This document shows, piece after piece, positions 11,736 to 24,149 of a DNA stretch of 64,000 nucleotides. The DNA is from Eledone cirrhosa (lineage: Eukaryota): the NCBI GenBank assembly GCA_964016885.1, contig OZ024743.1:161386001-161450000 (forward strand). The letters are read 5' to 3'. The notes under the pieces are model-generated. The model was not told the origin of the DNA and did not search any database. It saw only the letters and a list, made by a program, of their open reading frames with translations. Every line of letters begins with the position of its first letter. The first letter of the stretch is position 1. A program made the position numbers and the translations under genes.

Positions 11736-12545
11736 CATGTTCTATTCAACCTATCTTGTGCTGAGAAATGTACGTGTTAAGCACAGTAGGTCAGTTACAT
11801 AAAGTAGGTACATAAGAACAGATTATTTTAGATATTGGTGACAATAATAATTAATAGTTACCCTCGATGGCTATAATGTTTAGATTGATTAGTCAAAGGT
11901 GTACTTGTGTATCAAATAATTGTCTCCCCCTGCTTATTAATTTTTCAGATTTTTCCAACTTCCTCACTCTTATTAAGCCCCTCTTCCCCCCCGCTTATTA
12001 AATTCTGCTAATCTGTCTTTTATTTTAAGTGGTAGCATTCCTGCAATACTTAATTTTCTTTAAACATTAAAAAACATTATGCATGACAAAAAAAAAGAAC
12101 ATTACAAATAATCCCATACATTATAAAATAAATAGGATAGGTTGGGGTTTCCATATGTAAACTAACCAACTAATTCTGGTTCTTAAAAACGTCAAGGGAG
12201 ATAATCTAGAAAAATTACCAATTCACCCCTACCCTCCGCCGTCACTTAGTCCCCCCCCCCCTCTCTCTCTATTATTTGGGACCCGAGAATAAGCTCTGAT
12301 TCAACAGACCTCTGATCTAGGATTATCTAGGACTACAGTGTTCAATGTTTCCTTTCATATTTAATAAATAAGTAGGATTACTGACTATTTATATAATGAA
12401 ATAAAGGCTGGCATTGGGCAAAATTTTCAAGCAATGAAACCAAAAGCAATGGTAATATTTATACATTTAACTAGTTATGAAGTGAGTGAAAGTGGGGTGA
12501 GAAGAGGAAATGTGTGATGTCTGAACAAGTATCCTCCACCTCGAA

Positions 12546-12780
12546 CTAACTTACCCTCTGCCTCTGGATCCTGGCCGACAGGCTGGAGAATAGATTGCCC
12601 CGGAGCACAGCGAGGGAAACATGCTGGAACAGCCATTCCATTTCACAGGACTTGCACCTGTGGGCAGCCAACTGCGCTCCAATAGCAGTAAGTAGGGATG
12701 TGGTCCAGGGGCCAAGAACGCCAAAAGTCACCGATGCTAAAGGCTCTACCATAAACCTATCAGAGAGTGGCTGATATAGA
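12546..12780 (-). mobile_element. CRE-like (RLE) non-LTR retrotransposon 3' fragment
   Basis: YQPLSDRFMVEPLASVTFGVLGP...WLFQHVSLAVLRGN, the typical C-terminal F.P...ET.G..G / QR.S.A..RGN motif. Confidence 0.75.
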
Positions 12781-13379
12781 TATCTTGTCATTTTCATTCA
12801 TTAAATTTTCTAGTTAATATTGGGTTAAGTATTTCTTATAATTATATAACATAATAGAAGCAGAGGGTTCTCATTTAATGTAGCCCTTCTTGAATTTTGT
12901 TCATTTATCCATGTTTTTAATTGCTATTACTTCCAACTTTAAGATACTATTAACCCACAGTTGAATTCTTAAAGTTTGGAAATAACAGATTTACAGTGTA
13001 AATTAGTTAACATCATTATTGGTTCCCTGCCATATCTAAAAATATAAATATATTTATATATATATCTCTATCTTTTTGTTAAAACTACCAATGGAGAAAA
13101 AACATTAAAACCAAGTTCCTGTTTTCTACAGATGGTTAATGAAATATATTTATAACAAAAACCACAATGAATCTTTTCATCATCATACATTTGTTACACA
13201 TCTGGGAATTGAATAAATCAAGACAGTGTTAACATCTGACCGTGAAGGACTGGGTTAGCCATGAATATTTAATGTCCCTCTCAATGCTGAACCATATTGT
13301 ATGAATGAAATTGTATTAATGGATCTCTGTCTGTCTCTTTTCCCTCCTCTATAAAACACACTCTCTCTCTCTCTTTCTT

Positions 13380-13413
<34 letters not shown>

Positions 13414-13727
13414 GAGAGAGAGAAATTACTAGTAGATAAAAATAAAAATCATGTTAGCTTGCCAAAGCATGTTTAAATTTACTTCATATATTGAATTTTT
13501 AATTATATGTTTATGATTGCAATCCAATTGTATTGAAACCAAATCTAGTTTACATGAATTAGCAATATTTTATCTTCCAGTCTCAATGTATTTTAATGAA
13601 AGCTATGAACATAATTTCAAAGATGCACTTATTTCATTTTGAGAGAAAATGTAAAAGAGAAAAAAAAAAACCTCACTTTCCCTTTGCCTTTATGGTAGGT
13701 TTATTTTTAAATTTTGTCTGCTTCTAG

Positions 13728-13836
13728 GCTACCAAACTTCATAGATTTAAAGTGCATTCGTATGGTAGCCCAACTTTTTGTGATCATTGCGGATCGCTAC
13801 TCTATGGGCTGATTCATCAAGGCTTCAAATGTGATG
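13728..13836 (+). CDS. PRKCA: Internal exon of conventional protein kinase C (C1b domain N-terminal part: [36 protein letters not shown])
   Basis: Acceptor ttgtctgcttctag, donor g|gtaagt; 109 nt, phase 0 to 1. Near-identical to vertebrate PKC-alpha [32 protein letters not shown]. Tyr in LLYG indicates a conventional PKC. The symbol denotes the cPKC (alpha/beta/Apl I) orthogroup. Confidence 0.97.
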
Positions 13837-14262
13837 GTAAGTTATTGTTTTTACATTTGTTTATTTTGACGTTTTCTCTTCAGTATAAACGTAGAAAAAA
13901 AAAATGAAAGCATATTATTAAAAACAAGAAAAGGGCACTCATTTGGTCAGTTATTATTCAAATGTAAAACATATATCACTCCTAACTATCCCTAGTTGTG
14001 TTACAGGTATTTGTTTTATCAACCTTGGAATAATAAATGACCAAGTTGGATTATGAAAAAATTCAACTACAAAATGGCAATCTCTTTCTGGTTTCTAGCC
14101 GCTAATAATTTTGTACTCCTATCTAATCATCAGTTTTAACTGTCTTACATTAAAATGTAGTGGTTGATTTGCTTTAACAGTGAAAAGTTTTAATTTGATA
14201 TAAGAATAACGTCGAACATTCCATCTATGCCAAACGTCTTATGATATTTGAGCTGTATTATG

Positions 14263-14480
14263 TCATCATCATCGTCCTTGTGACTGCTTTTCAATTCTTA
14301 CATGGATTTGTGGGTTGGACAGCTCTTTTCCAGTACAATTTCCTTCAACCTACTGCATTCCTGTGCCATCTCCTCTGCCAGGTTCAGAGTTTTGAAATCC
14401 TCTCTCATCGCTTCTACCCAGGTCTTCCTTGGCCTTTCTCAGTTGCCATTTCCTTCCACTCATAATTCATGGCATTCTTC
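14263..14480 (-). mobile_element. Old RTE-like 3' fragment
   Basis: (cat)n tail; acccaggtcttccttggcctt is GRPRKTW on the minus strand. Confidence 0.65.
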
Positions 14481-15092
14481 ACCCAATAGTCTTATATCTT
14501 ATTCAAATACTGTTTTTGACTGCCCAATTTATGAGATACCGGCAGATTTTGTTCTTTTAATTAGGGGAGGAAGAACAGGGTCATTGATTTATCCCATGCT
14601 CCCGTAGATCAATATGGCTGGTGTTCAGTTCTATAAAACTGCAATTCTTTGTAGGAAAGAAATGGAACAAAATTGTTTAATATAGACTTTGGTTTGGATA
14701 ATAAAAGAAGTGGGGGAAAATGAGTACATTGGACTTCGATGAAAGTGATATACAGCTTCCCATTTCAGAGAATAAAGGCTGGTATAATAATGGATGAAAC
14801 ATCGAAGAAAATCTTTATGCCTGAGCTAGTGGTTATAGTGAGTCTTTGAGTAGTTGTAGTGTAGTCTGTCTGTAGTGAGGTTGCAATGCATTAGGGAGCA
14901 AAACTTTAGTAATCAAATGTAAAGCTCTCATTTTACAGTTTCTTTTAAACTTAGTTTAATTCATCCTATATACATTTTATTTAATTTTTGATCAGATTGC
15001 TAATGTTTTTTTTTTCTTCTTTGTTTCACAAACACTATAACAAATTAATCTCGAGGTTTTCCTTCTACACTTAGAGCAGTGAATAAATTGTA

Positions 15093-15558
15093 TCATCATC
15101 ATCATTTAACGTCAGCTTTCTCTGCTATCAAGGGCTGGACGGGTCTACAGAGACCAAGTCAGTACTGAAGCAGAGCACTGTCATCCCAGGCAGGCCGGGG
15201 AGGTCTGTATCCTGCTTACATACAGTCATTATCAAGTGCAGAGATACAAACTGAAAGATCAACTTAACCCCATTTTGGCAAGCTTACTATGGCTGGTTAT
15301 CCTCCTTAACATCAACCACTTTACAGTTTGTACTGGTGGGTGCTTTTATTGTGTAGATCACCAGCACTGGGGAGGGTGTCATGTCCTTGACGTAACTAAA
15401 GAATCCTCCCAACCCTTTGTTTGGCAAGCTTTCTATGGCTGGATGCCCTTCCTATCACCAACCACTTGACAGTGTGTACTGTGTATTTATCGTGAAGATC
15501 ACCAACACTAGAGTGGTTGTTGTGTCTTTAACTCAGTTGAAGGGTCCTCTCATTTCTG

Positions 15559-15609
<51 letters not shown>

Positions 15610-15610
15610 T
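15093..15610 (-). repeat. RTE tail-derived module, two tandem units, with (CAT)n
   Basis: ggctggatgcccttcc...accactttacagt...ggtgctttt units flanked by (cat)n. Confidence 0.65.
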
Positions 15611-16230
15611 TATCTTATTTGATTCTGACTTCTTCAGGAAACTGTATGTTACAAATAGAATTAGTTCTTCAGAGAAAATAAGAATCTGTCTCTAGAAGAA
15701 AAGCTCTCGGTGATTCTGACAGATAATTTAGATATAATTATGAAATTTGTTAACTGTTTGCTAGAGGGTTTGGGTAATTGTTTTTACTATACTGACACTT
15801 ATAAGAATCGGAGTAATTTTGTTTTGCATTTAGCAGACTAATATCTCCTAAGCTTCTTTCTCCTCCTTATAATGATGCAATTACTGAGTTGGCACTCTTG
15901 TAGGAGTATCCTATTCCTCTATATCTTCCTATTGCAGGTTTATCAAACACACTTATATCTGTTGCACTGATATTTTAAGGTCCTCAAATTATAAGTGTGT
16001 ATATATTCAGTAAAAGCATGACTGAATGACTAAAAATGTTACATCATAAACATAAAATACTGTATTCAATCTCACAATGCTACAATTTAAGCAAGTCATC
16101 TACTACAGCCTAAGGCTGACCAAATAACATTTGGATAGAAAAAAACTGTGTGGAAACTTGTCACACTAAATCTGCCTGAAGATTATGCAAGTGGCTGTGA
16201 GATACTGAGCCATTTGTACTATGATATAAT

Positions 16231-16420
16231 TATCATCATCATCCATTTTTCCACTCTCACATGGGTTGGACGAGTCCTTCTCAGCACAGCATCTCTCCAC
16301 TTGCTGGGCTTCTTTGTCAACTCCTCTGGGAGTTTCAACAATTTAAGGTCAACTCTCGCCACCTCTGCCCAGGTGTTTCTTGGTCTACCTCTACTGTGGC
16401 TTCCTTCCACGAGCATTTCC
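16231..16420 (-). mobile_element. RTE 3' fragment
   Basis: ORF 16219-16416 RGRPRNTWAEVARVDL..WRDAVL, same subfamily as 2105-2450. Confidence 0.85.
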
Positions 16421-16798
16421 TGACACTTTTTTCACCCATTGATCATCAAGTAAGTAATTCTGTTAATCAAAAAGTAAAACCCCTCATTGTAAAAACAGCC
16501 ACAAAATCCATCATACCCTCTGATGTGTGTATTTGTACTTTTTTTTTCTTTTCGTGTTTTTCGCAGGATGCCCGTCTTATCGACAACCACTTTATAGTGT
16601 GGACTGGGTGCATTATTCATGCCACAAACAATAGAGGGGTTGTCTTACTAGACTCAAGAGTCCTCTCCACCCTTTGTTTGTATTTGGAGTGTCTACTCTC
16701 CTAGATAGGTTACCTTCACTACGGCTTACAGAGCCCACATCAGCCTCATGCAGTAGTTTTTAATTGGTGTTACTGCCTTAATAGACGGGTTACCGTCA

Positions 16799-16846
<48 letters not shown>

Positions 16847-16887
16847 GTGTGTGTATGTCTGTGTTGTGTGTGTGTGTATACATATAT

Positions 16888-16922
<35 letters not shown>

Positions 16923-16946
16923 CGTATATATATATATAGATATATA

Positions 16947-18228
16947 CAGGGTGTGGACGATATTTGTTCGCAAGATTACTGTCTAGGAAAAAGTAACACA
17001 GTAGTTTTATTTTTTAAGATATATTTATCAAACTTGGGTCAGTTTGTCTTCATCACTTGATCTCATTCGATAAACCCGCCATTGGCTTTGATGTCGGCCT
17101 CAAGGCGGCCCCGGAACCGGCTACAGGCCTTTGTCACTGTCCCCCGACTTAGGCCCATAAAAGCACTTGTATCCTGGCCTTCAGATCATCTTTCATATTG
17201 CAGCTAGATCCGTTGGTGTCTTGTTCCACTGCGCCCCACACAAAGAAGTCGAGGGGGTTGCAGTCAAGCGAGCCCGGAGGCCAGATGTCAGGTGAAGTGT
17301 GGTCGACGAAGTTCTCTGACAGCCTCGCTTGGGTCTTTCGGCTGGAATGGCAGGGCGCTGAGTCTTGCTGCCACACGTACGACCTACCTGCAGCTACCTG
17401 GTTGATTCAGGGCTTTACTACCTTGCTCAGAACGCAGATGTAGCCATCGGTGTTCAGCTTGAGGCCCTCAGGGAAGAAGTGAGGTGGCATGACGTCACCT
17501 TGACTGCTGACAACACCTAAGACCAATGGTGTCTGCATGACTCTGGGCACGTCTTTGGATGAGACAGTGAGCCACCTGTTGTTCTGGGAATTGATCTTCT
17601 GGTCCTGGCAGAAGTTTTTCTCGTCGGAGGAAAACCACAGCATGTCTGGCTCCAGTGAGTGTTTCAACTTGTTGATCAGCTTCTTTGCATGCTTCAGCTG
17701 CTTTTCTTGCATCGCCTTTGACAGAAATTGTCTTTTCCTCATCTTGTATGAAACGTAGCGAATGTCTTCATGTACCACCAGCCTAATGAGCTTTCCATCC
17801 ACGCCTTTCTCCCTTGCAATGGCATGCATCGACTTGCTAGGTTCATTGTTGATGATATCCTGGACTTCAGCGACGAACTCGGGCGTTCTGAGGGCGTCAG
17901 ATCGTCGATCAAGTGTTTTTCTCTCTGATGTTGCTTCATAGTCGAATCCTGAATCTTCCAATTCCTTTCTGACCTTTTCCACCATTATCCTGCAGACGCT
18001 GAGAAAGTCTGAAACTTGCTTATTTGTCCTCCCAACGCGGATTCCAAGAAGAACTCTGTGTCTCTACCACAAATTTGGAGGTTCAAAATTATTCATAATC
18101 AATTATTCTGAAAATAAATAATTGAAATATAGTCACTGTTTTTATGAAGACAAGAGTGACAACGGAAGTAAAAAAATTTGCATAAAATTAGCAGTTGAAA
18201 ATTGCGAACAAATATCGTCCACACCCTG
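16947..18228 (-). mobile_element. Tc1/mariner DD37D (maT) DNA transposon, copy 1, frameshifted
   Basis: TIRs cagggtgtggacgatatttgttcgcaa / ttgcgaacaaatatcgtccacaccctg, TA-flanked; WFSSDEKNF, WQQDSAPCH...DCNPLD with 37 residues between the 2nd and 3rd Asp. Confidence 0.95.
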
Positions 18229-18419
18229 TATAGTATCTTTTCTATCACTGTTTCTCACCAGTATCTCACAATATTGTGCAATACAATATAAATTCAATTG
18301 TCAGATAAGGCTGCACATGTTTACATTGGTAAAGCCATTTTATATTGATAATTGATTTGATCAGGATGGCCATAATAACTTTTAACTTTGTATCATTGGA
18401 TGTAAAAGCTATTTCAGAT

Positions 18420-18479
18420 ATTAAAAATTTGCATAAAATTAACAGTTGAAAATTGCGAACAAATATTGTCCACACCCTG
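18420..18479 (-). mobile_element. Extra maT terminus (~60 bp including TIR)
   Basis: aaaaatttgcataaaattaacagttgaaaattgcgaacaaatattgtccacaccctg followed by TA. Confidence 0.92.
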
Positions 18480-18567
18480 TATATACGTATATATATATAT
18501 ACATATATATATACATATATATATACACATATATATATACATATGTATATATATACATATATATATG

Positions 18568-18611
<44 letters not shown>

Positions 18612-18612
<1 letters not shown>

Positions 18613-19050
18613 GTTTAACGTCTATCTTCCACGCTTGCATGGGTTTGGACGGGAGTTTTCCCACTTGAGGCAAGATTGGTTGTCTTGCTCGTATAGGGCT
18701 GTCTGGCAGGTTATCTACGGCTGGATGCCCTTCCTAACACCAACCACATTTACAGTGTGGACTGGGAGGTTTTTACCGTGTTACCTACACGCCAACATTA
18801 CAGCGTGGACTGTGTGTTTTTTTGTCGTGACACCTACACGACCTCATTTATTTAGGACTGGATGTTGTGGTACCAACATAACTTTACATTGGAAGGGGTG
18901 GTGTGGATGGGGTGGGACGGGGGTGTATTTTTGTTAGAGATGCCTACTGACTGTAGGTTCCACTTTGTACTTAGGCAAGGCGGGTCTTCTGTATTACTGC
19001 GTAGCGCCAAAGATCTCGGTCCAGTGACATTGTCTGGGAGAGGTGTAAGT
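18612..19050 (-). mobile_element. RTE LINE 3' end fragment
   Basis: Near-identical to 10218-10660; embedded in (TA)n. Confidence 0.9.
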
Positions 19051-19057
19051 GTGATAC

Positions 19058-19088
<31 letters not shown>

Positions 19089-19379
19089 CGTATATGTATA
19101 TCATCATCATCATCATCGTTTAACGTCCATCTGGCAGGTTTTCTGCGGCTAGATGCCCTTCCTAACACCAACTACATTTACAGTGTGGAACTGGGAACTT
19201 TTTACTGTGTTACCTACATGGCCACAATATGTATTTATATATATATATATACGTATATATATATTTATGTATATATATATATATATATATAAACATAATA
19301 TATATATTAAGAAACCACTGGTAAATGGAATAATTGCCTTATGTTGTTTATATATATATATATATATATACGAATATAT

Positions 19380-19411
<32 letters not shown>

Positions 19412-19749
19412 GTATTTATATATATATACGTATATATATATTTATGTATATATATATATATATATATACGTATATGATGTGTTGTTTCCTTGAGCAAGAC
19501 ACTTTATTTCACATTGCTCCAGTTTACTCAGCTGTAGAAATGAGATGATAGTGACTGGGGTCCCTATCATTCCACTGCAAAGTGGACGTGTAGGCAGAAA
19601 AAAAGCACCCAGCACTCACTGTAAATGGGGTTGGTGTTAGGAAGGGCATCCAGCTGTAGAAATCAAGCCAGAATCAGTTCCCGTCCCACCCTTGCAATCA
19701 GGGAAAAAGAGGACGTAAAATGATGATATATATATATATATATATATAC

Positions 19750-19923
19750 ATGTAAATGTGGTTGGTATTAGGAAGTGCATCTAGCCGTAGAAAACCTGCC
19801 AGATAATCCTATATGAGCGAGACACGGTCACCCGAACTACCTTGCCTCAAGTGGGACAACTCCCGTCTAACCCATGCTAGCGTGGAAAGTGGACGTTAAA
19901 CGAGGATGATGATGATGATGATG

Positions 19924-19927
<4 letters not shown>
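19750..19927 (+). mobile_element. RTE 3' UTR fragment with (GAT)n tail
   Basis: cccgtctaacccatgctagcgtggaaagtggacgttaaacga(gat)n, matching 51870-52024. Confidence 0.85.
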
Positions 19928-20001
<74 letters not shown>

Positions 20002-20100
20002 GTATATATATATATATATACGTATATATATATATATATATATATATACGTATATATATATATATATACGTATATATATATATATATGTGTATATATATG

Positions 20101-20222
20101 TGAAGGCGTATGGCTGAGTGGTAAGAATATTGGATTCGCAATCGTGAGGTTGTGAGTTCGATTCCTGGATGCATTATGTCCTTGAGAAAAACACTTTATT
20201 TCACTTTATTTCACGTTGTTCC
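20101..20222 (+). mobile_element. tRNA-derived SINE head (family C)
   Basis: tggctgagtggtaag (A box), gagttcgattcc (B box), then tgtccttgagaaaaacactttatttcac as in 61562-61900. Confidence 0.75.
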
Positions 20223-20821
20223 TTCTACCTGGAGTTGCGACCTATAGATAGTATTAGCAATTGGAAAGACCAACGGAAACATTGTTTCCTCAGTCCGATT
20301 TGACAAAAGTCGATCGACTGTCGATATATATACATACATGCATATATATATATATATAGACACACATGTATATGTGTGTGTGTATGGAACTAAAAATCAT
20401 ATCTTTTGATGTTTCATCATCTTCATCATTCTATGGCATGGGTTGTATGAAATGTTTTTGACAGTTTTTTTTTCCTTTAGTCTGCTGCTGGGAACCCTCC
20501 CTGATGCCAAACCATACGATATTTCTAAGTATGGTATATATACTAATGGCCTCGGCTGAACTGTAAGCTGCAGAACATACTTTTTTCTTAGGCAGGACTC
20601 AAACAAATATTACTCTTTGCTTTTTGAATTGTGTTGCATTATTTCTATGAAACATAAGCAAATTTCACTGCTCAGCAACACATACATCATCATCATCCCC
20701 ATTTAATGTCAGTTTTCCACGTGAGCATGGGTTAGATGACAAGCCAGGTCAGATGACCATGTCTTGGTCCTACAGAACTGATTTGGGCTTGATTTCTACA
20801 GCTGAATAACCTTCCCAATGC

Positions 20822-21090
20822 CAACCACATTTACTGTGTGTGCTTTTTGTCATGGCATCTACACAACCACTTTACATTGTGGACTGGGCACTTTTTGTCT
20901 TGATACCAACAGGACCACTTTACATTGTGGACTGAGCACTGTTTGTCATTTCATCAACACAATCACTTTACAGTGTGTGCTGGGTGCTTTTTATCATGAC
21001 ACCTACACAACCACTTTATGGTGTGGACTGGGCTCATTTTTGTTGTGGTGTGACACCAAAACAACCCCTTTACAGTATGAACAGGGGACT
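20822..21090 (-). repeat. Tandem ~48-bp units in an RTE-type tail
   Basis: Six units of caaccactttacagtgtggactgggtgcttttt(g/a)tcatgacacc, downstream of a (cat)n tail at ~20685. Confidence 0.85.
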
Positions 21091-22214
21091 TAGGTGGGGG
21101 AGGTGCATAGGGATTGATGATTGAGGAACTATATACATATATATCATCATCATCATCATCATATATCCATTTTTCCATGCTGGCATGGATTAGACATGCC
21201 GTTACAAATCTAGTCATTACTTAATCAGAGCAACTGGTTGAGCACTCTATTTATATATATATATGTGTGTGTGTGTGTAACAGGTTTACAGTTTCTGTCT
21301 TCCCAGTTCACTTACATCATATTACTCAGTCAAAGATTAAATGGGGAGTACACTTGCCCAAGGGTGTTACGCAGTGGAATCAAACCTGAACACACATGGC
21401 TAAGAAGTGAGCATTATAAAAATTAAATATATGTGTATAAATTGGGTGAAGGTTTCAACTGAACATTGCCTGCTCTTAGAATTAAGAATGCCTTCCATTG
21501 GCAGGAATATCTTACAAGAAAGAGGCTGAGATCATATTGTAAGGTTTTGATTAACAACTGCGGATTATGTATTAGTTTTATTCTGTTCTGTTGTGCTTAT
21601 AGCAGTCAAATCTCATTTAAACCATGGCCTTATAATAAGGAAGAATCTATTGGATATTGTTTTCCTATTAGATATGTTATATCTGAATAAAAGATGGGAG
21701 ATTAGTATGGCTGAAATGCCCTTGGTCATAGGTATGATTAATCATATCTGACCTGCGAAGCTAAACAGCCATATCTTCATAACTTAGTATGAATATTGAT
21801 CTATATAGATTACAGTTTATAAGTCTGAATTTTCAAACCTCCAATAAGTCTGGTCCTAAATATCTGATTGCAACAACAACCTGTCCAACACATGCCAGAG
21901 TAGAAAGTGGACATAAAATGAGGATAGTTAGATTTTTCAAATTAAATATCTGTATGTATAACTTTTCAATTCCAATTATTTGCGCCAGCCAACTTTAATA
22001 TGTAAAATTGGGGTTTTGGTGTGTATTCTAATTTTTTGTATATGAGGAGCCCCACCAAACCTGAAGTGCCCTGGGCCCTCCAAATCTGGAGTTCCTTGGC
22101 CTCTCAAAGTTTAAATCCAGCCTTGAGCTTTGTAGTCGAACTATCTGCCAGAATGTTTGTGTTGTTATGTTGTTAGTTTCCATGGATCAGATATAGTTGT
22201 ATATATCTAATCTA

Positions 22215-22710
22215 TTGATCCAGCCGACAGGATGGAGAAGATGTTGCCCTGGAGAATGACAAGGGAGATGTACTGAAACAGCCGCAACACTTTGCAGGGC
22301 TCACACTTGCAGTTTGCCAACTCCGCTGCGATAGCAGTGAGCAAGGATGTGGTCCAAGTCATTCTTTATAATCTCATTGAGAGCAGAATGGTGTGGGAGA
22401 CGTCCAGTACTATAATGGCATGACAGTGGATCCACAGTGGCATTTATGAGGCTCACAGATCCTGAGGCTATGTGCAATGTGCAAGCAGTCGCTGTCCAGC
22501 TGGGTGCCAGTTAAAAGTGATCGTACTGCATTGAGCCAGAGGCTGCTGTGGGGTTGAGAGGTTGAGCAAAAACATACCATGGTGTGGGTCAAGCCAGCAC
22601 ACCAGCCTGTTGGAGGTCATATTGTACTGGATGGCATCCCATTTGTTTTGGGGGGACTAGACTTCTACTGAGGGGTAAGGGGGATGGACATCCAAAGAGT
22701 GTAGGACAAG
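22215..22710 (-). mobile_element. CRE-like retrotransposon fragment
   Basis: SQPHSSLWLNA...GTQLDSDCL....LRICEPHKCHCG; 3' end LFQYISLVILQGN homologous to 12546-12700. Confidence 0.75.
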
Positions 22711-23249
22711 AAAGTTCTAATGGAGAAATTCTTGATACTTAATATGAATAGTTGGAATTTCACTCCAACTATTTTCTGTATGTTCTGCAGCTCTGTCAAC
22801 AACAGTGCAATACTTAGTAACAACAATGCCAGCTGCTTAAAGAATTTATAGTTCCACAATTTATCAATTTTTTTCCATCCTGTGTAATTTCTTGTCTTCT
22901 GTCCATCCAGCTTCTCATAATTTTCTCACATTTTCTCACACATTAGAACTGTTGTTGTTGTTATCATTACTGTTATTATTATCATCATCATCATCCTAAC
23001 TTGCAGCAACACCCATTTGCTTCTTTACCTAGTTCTTAATCCCAATTTATCAACATGGCAACAATTGTTGTTTGCTTGGCAGTAACTTGAAGAGAGGTGT
23101 TTATTTAGTGCAGTTTAAACAGGATTTGCTTAACATACTTTAAGAAAGTATTTGTTAGTGTTGGGACAACCACCCAGCTGCAGAAAACATGCCTCAAAAT
23201 ATCTTATCTCGGCTTGAAAAAACCCGTAAAAATGATGATGTACATATAT

Positions 23250-23690
23250 ATAAAAGGATCAATATTCTGAGGAGATTACGCAATAGCGATTGCTTAAATT
23301 CAAGAAATGAGCTTTTTTTCACATTGTCCACACGTCTGGAAACACCTTGCATAACTACAAAGCTCCGGATTGAATAACATCAACATTCTAATATTCTAAT
23401 CAACTAAAATTATTTATTCCGGACATTCGCAGTTATCTCCCTTACACCTTTCGACCGTGGGATTATATCGCCTAGGAGAAGTGGTCATTTCTGTGCATGC
23501 ATATTCATACGGTTGTTTTTCCTTTTCCGTACCACTTCACTCAGACCGAGCTGAAGATCCGCAAGGTGAAACATTTGTTCTCGGTATGGTGAACTAACTG
23601 CTGTGATACTACTTCTACCAAACTTGTCCTGTGGACTGATTGCTCTACTACTACAGATATAATCCTCCAGTATTCTACTATTATATACAT
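23250..23690 (+). mobile_element. PLE 3' fragment (end of GIY-YIG ORF plus pseudo-LTR)
   Basis: CLNSRNELF(fs)SHCPHVWKHL matches PLE terminal LNKRSEL.SKCRH; followed by UTR with a hammerhead; bounded by (TA)n. Confidence 0.75.
23545..23585 (+). ncRNA. Minimal type I hammerhead ribozyme (Penelope-type)
   Basis: Stem I accgag(23545-50)/ctcggt(23580-85); CUGAAGA 23551-57; short stem II cc-gcaa-gg; GAAA 23568-71; stem III ca-tt-tg; GUU triplet 23577-79. Confidence 0.72.
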
Positions 23691-23711
23691 ATGTATATAT
23701 ATATATATAAA

Positions 23712-24083
23712 GCTGACCTTACCCAATTGTACCTCTCAATGGCGATGACATAGGACCGGGACCTCTGGCGTCACGCAATAATACAGAAGACTCGACTTCC
23801 CACGGGAACAAGCCGAAGCTGAAGCATATCGACAATATGCCCCCATCCCATCCCACTGCAAAGTGGTCATGTAGGCGTCACGGGAAAAAGCACCCAGCAC
23901 TCACTACTGTAAATGAGGTTGGTGTTAGGAAAGGCATCCAGCTGTAGAAATCAAACCAAAATCAGTTCCCGTATGAGCAAGACAAGGTCACCTGACCTAA
24001 CATCACCCATAACAGGACAACCCGTCTAACCCATGCTAGCGTGGAAGAATGGATGCAAAACGGTGATGATGATGATGATGATA
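23712..24083 (+). mobile_element. RTE 3' end fragment with (GAT)n tail
   Basis: Homologous to 11540-11730 and to the tail at 5070-5143. Confidence 0.88.
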
Positions 24084-24149
24084 TATAATCACCATTTAAT
24101 GTCCATTCTTGTATGCTAGCATGTACATGTCTTGCTCATACAGTACTAA

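Noticed and set aside
20101-20170. tRNA genes at SINE heads (also 5953, 31531, 61562)
   Set aside because: A/B boxes are present but there is no complete cloverleaf, and they continue into SINE bodies.
20265-20300. Minus-strand CUGAGGA with a small hairpin
   Set aside because: Lacks GAAA/NUH; part of a dispersed repeat also seen at ~44070-44140.
20822-21090. CRISPR-like array reading of the ~48-bp units (and of 48000-48282)
   Set aside because: Eukaryotic intron, no cas genes; the units are degenerate tandem copies or have too short a repeat with irregular spacing.
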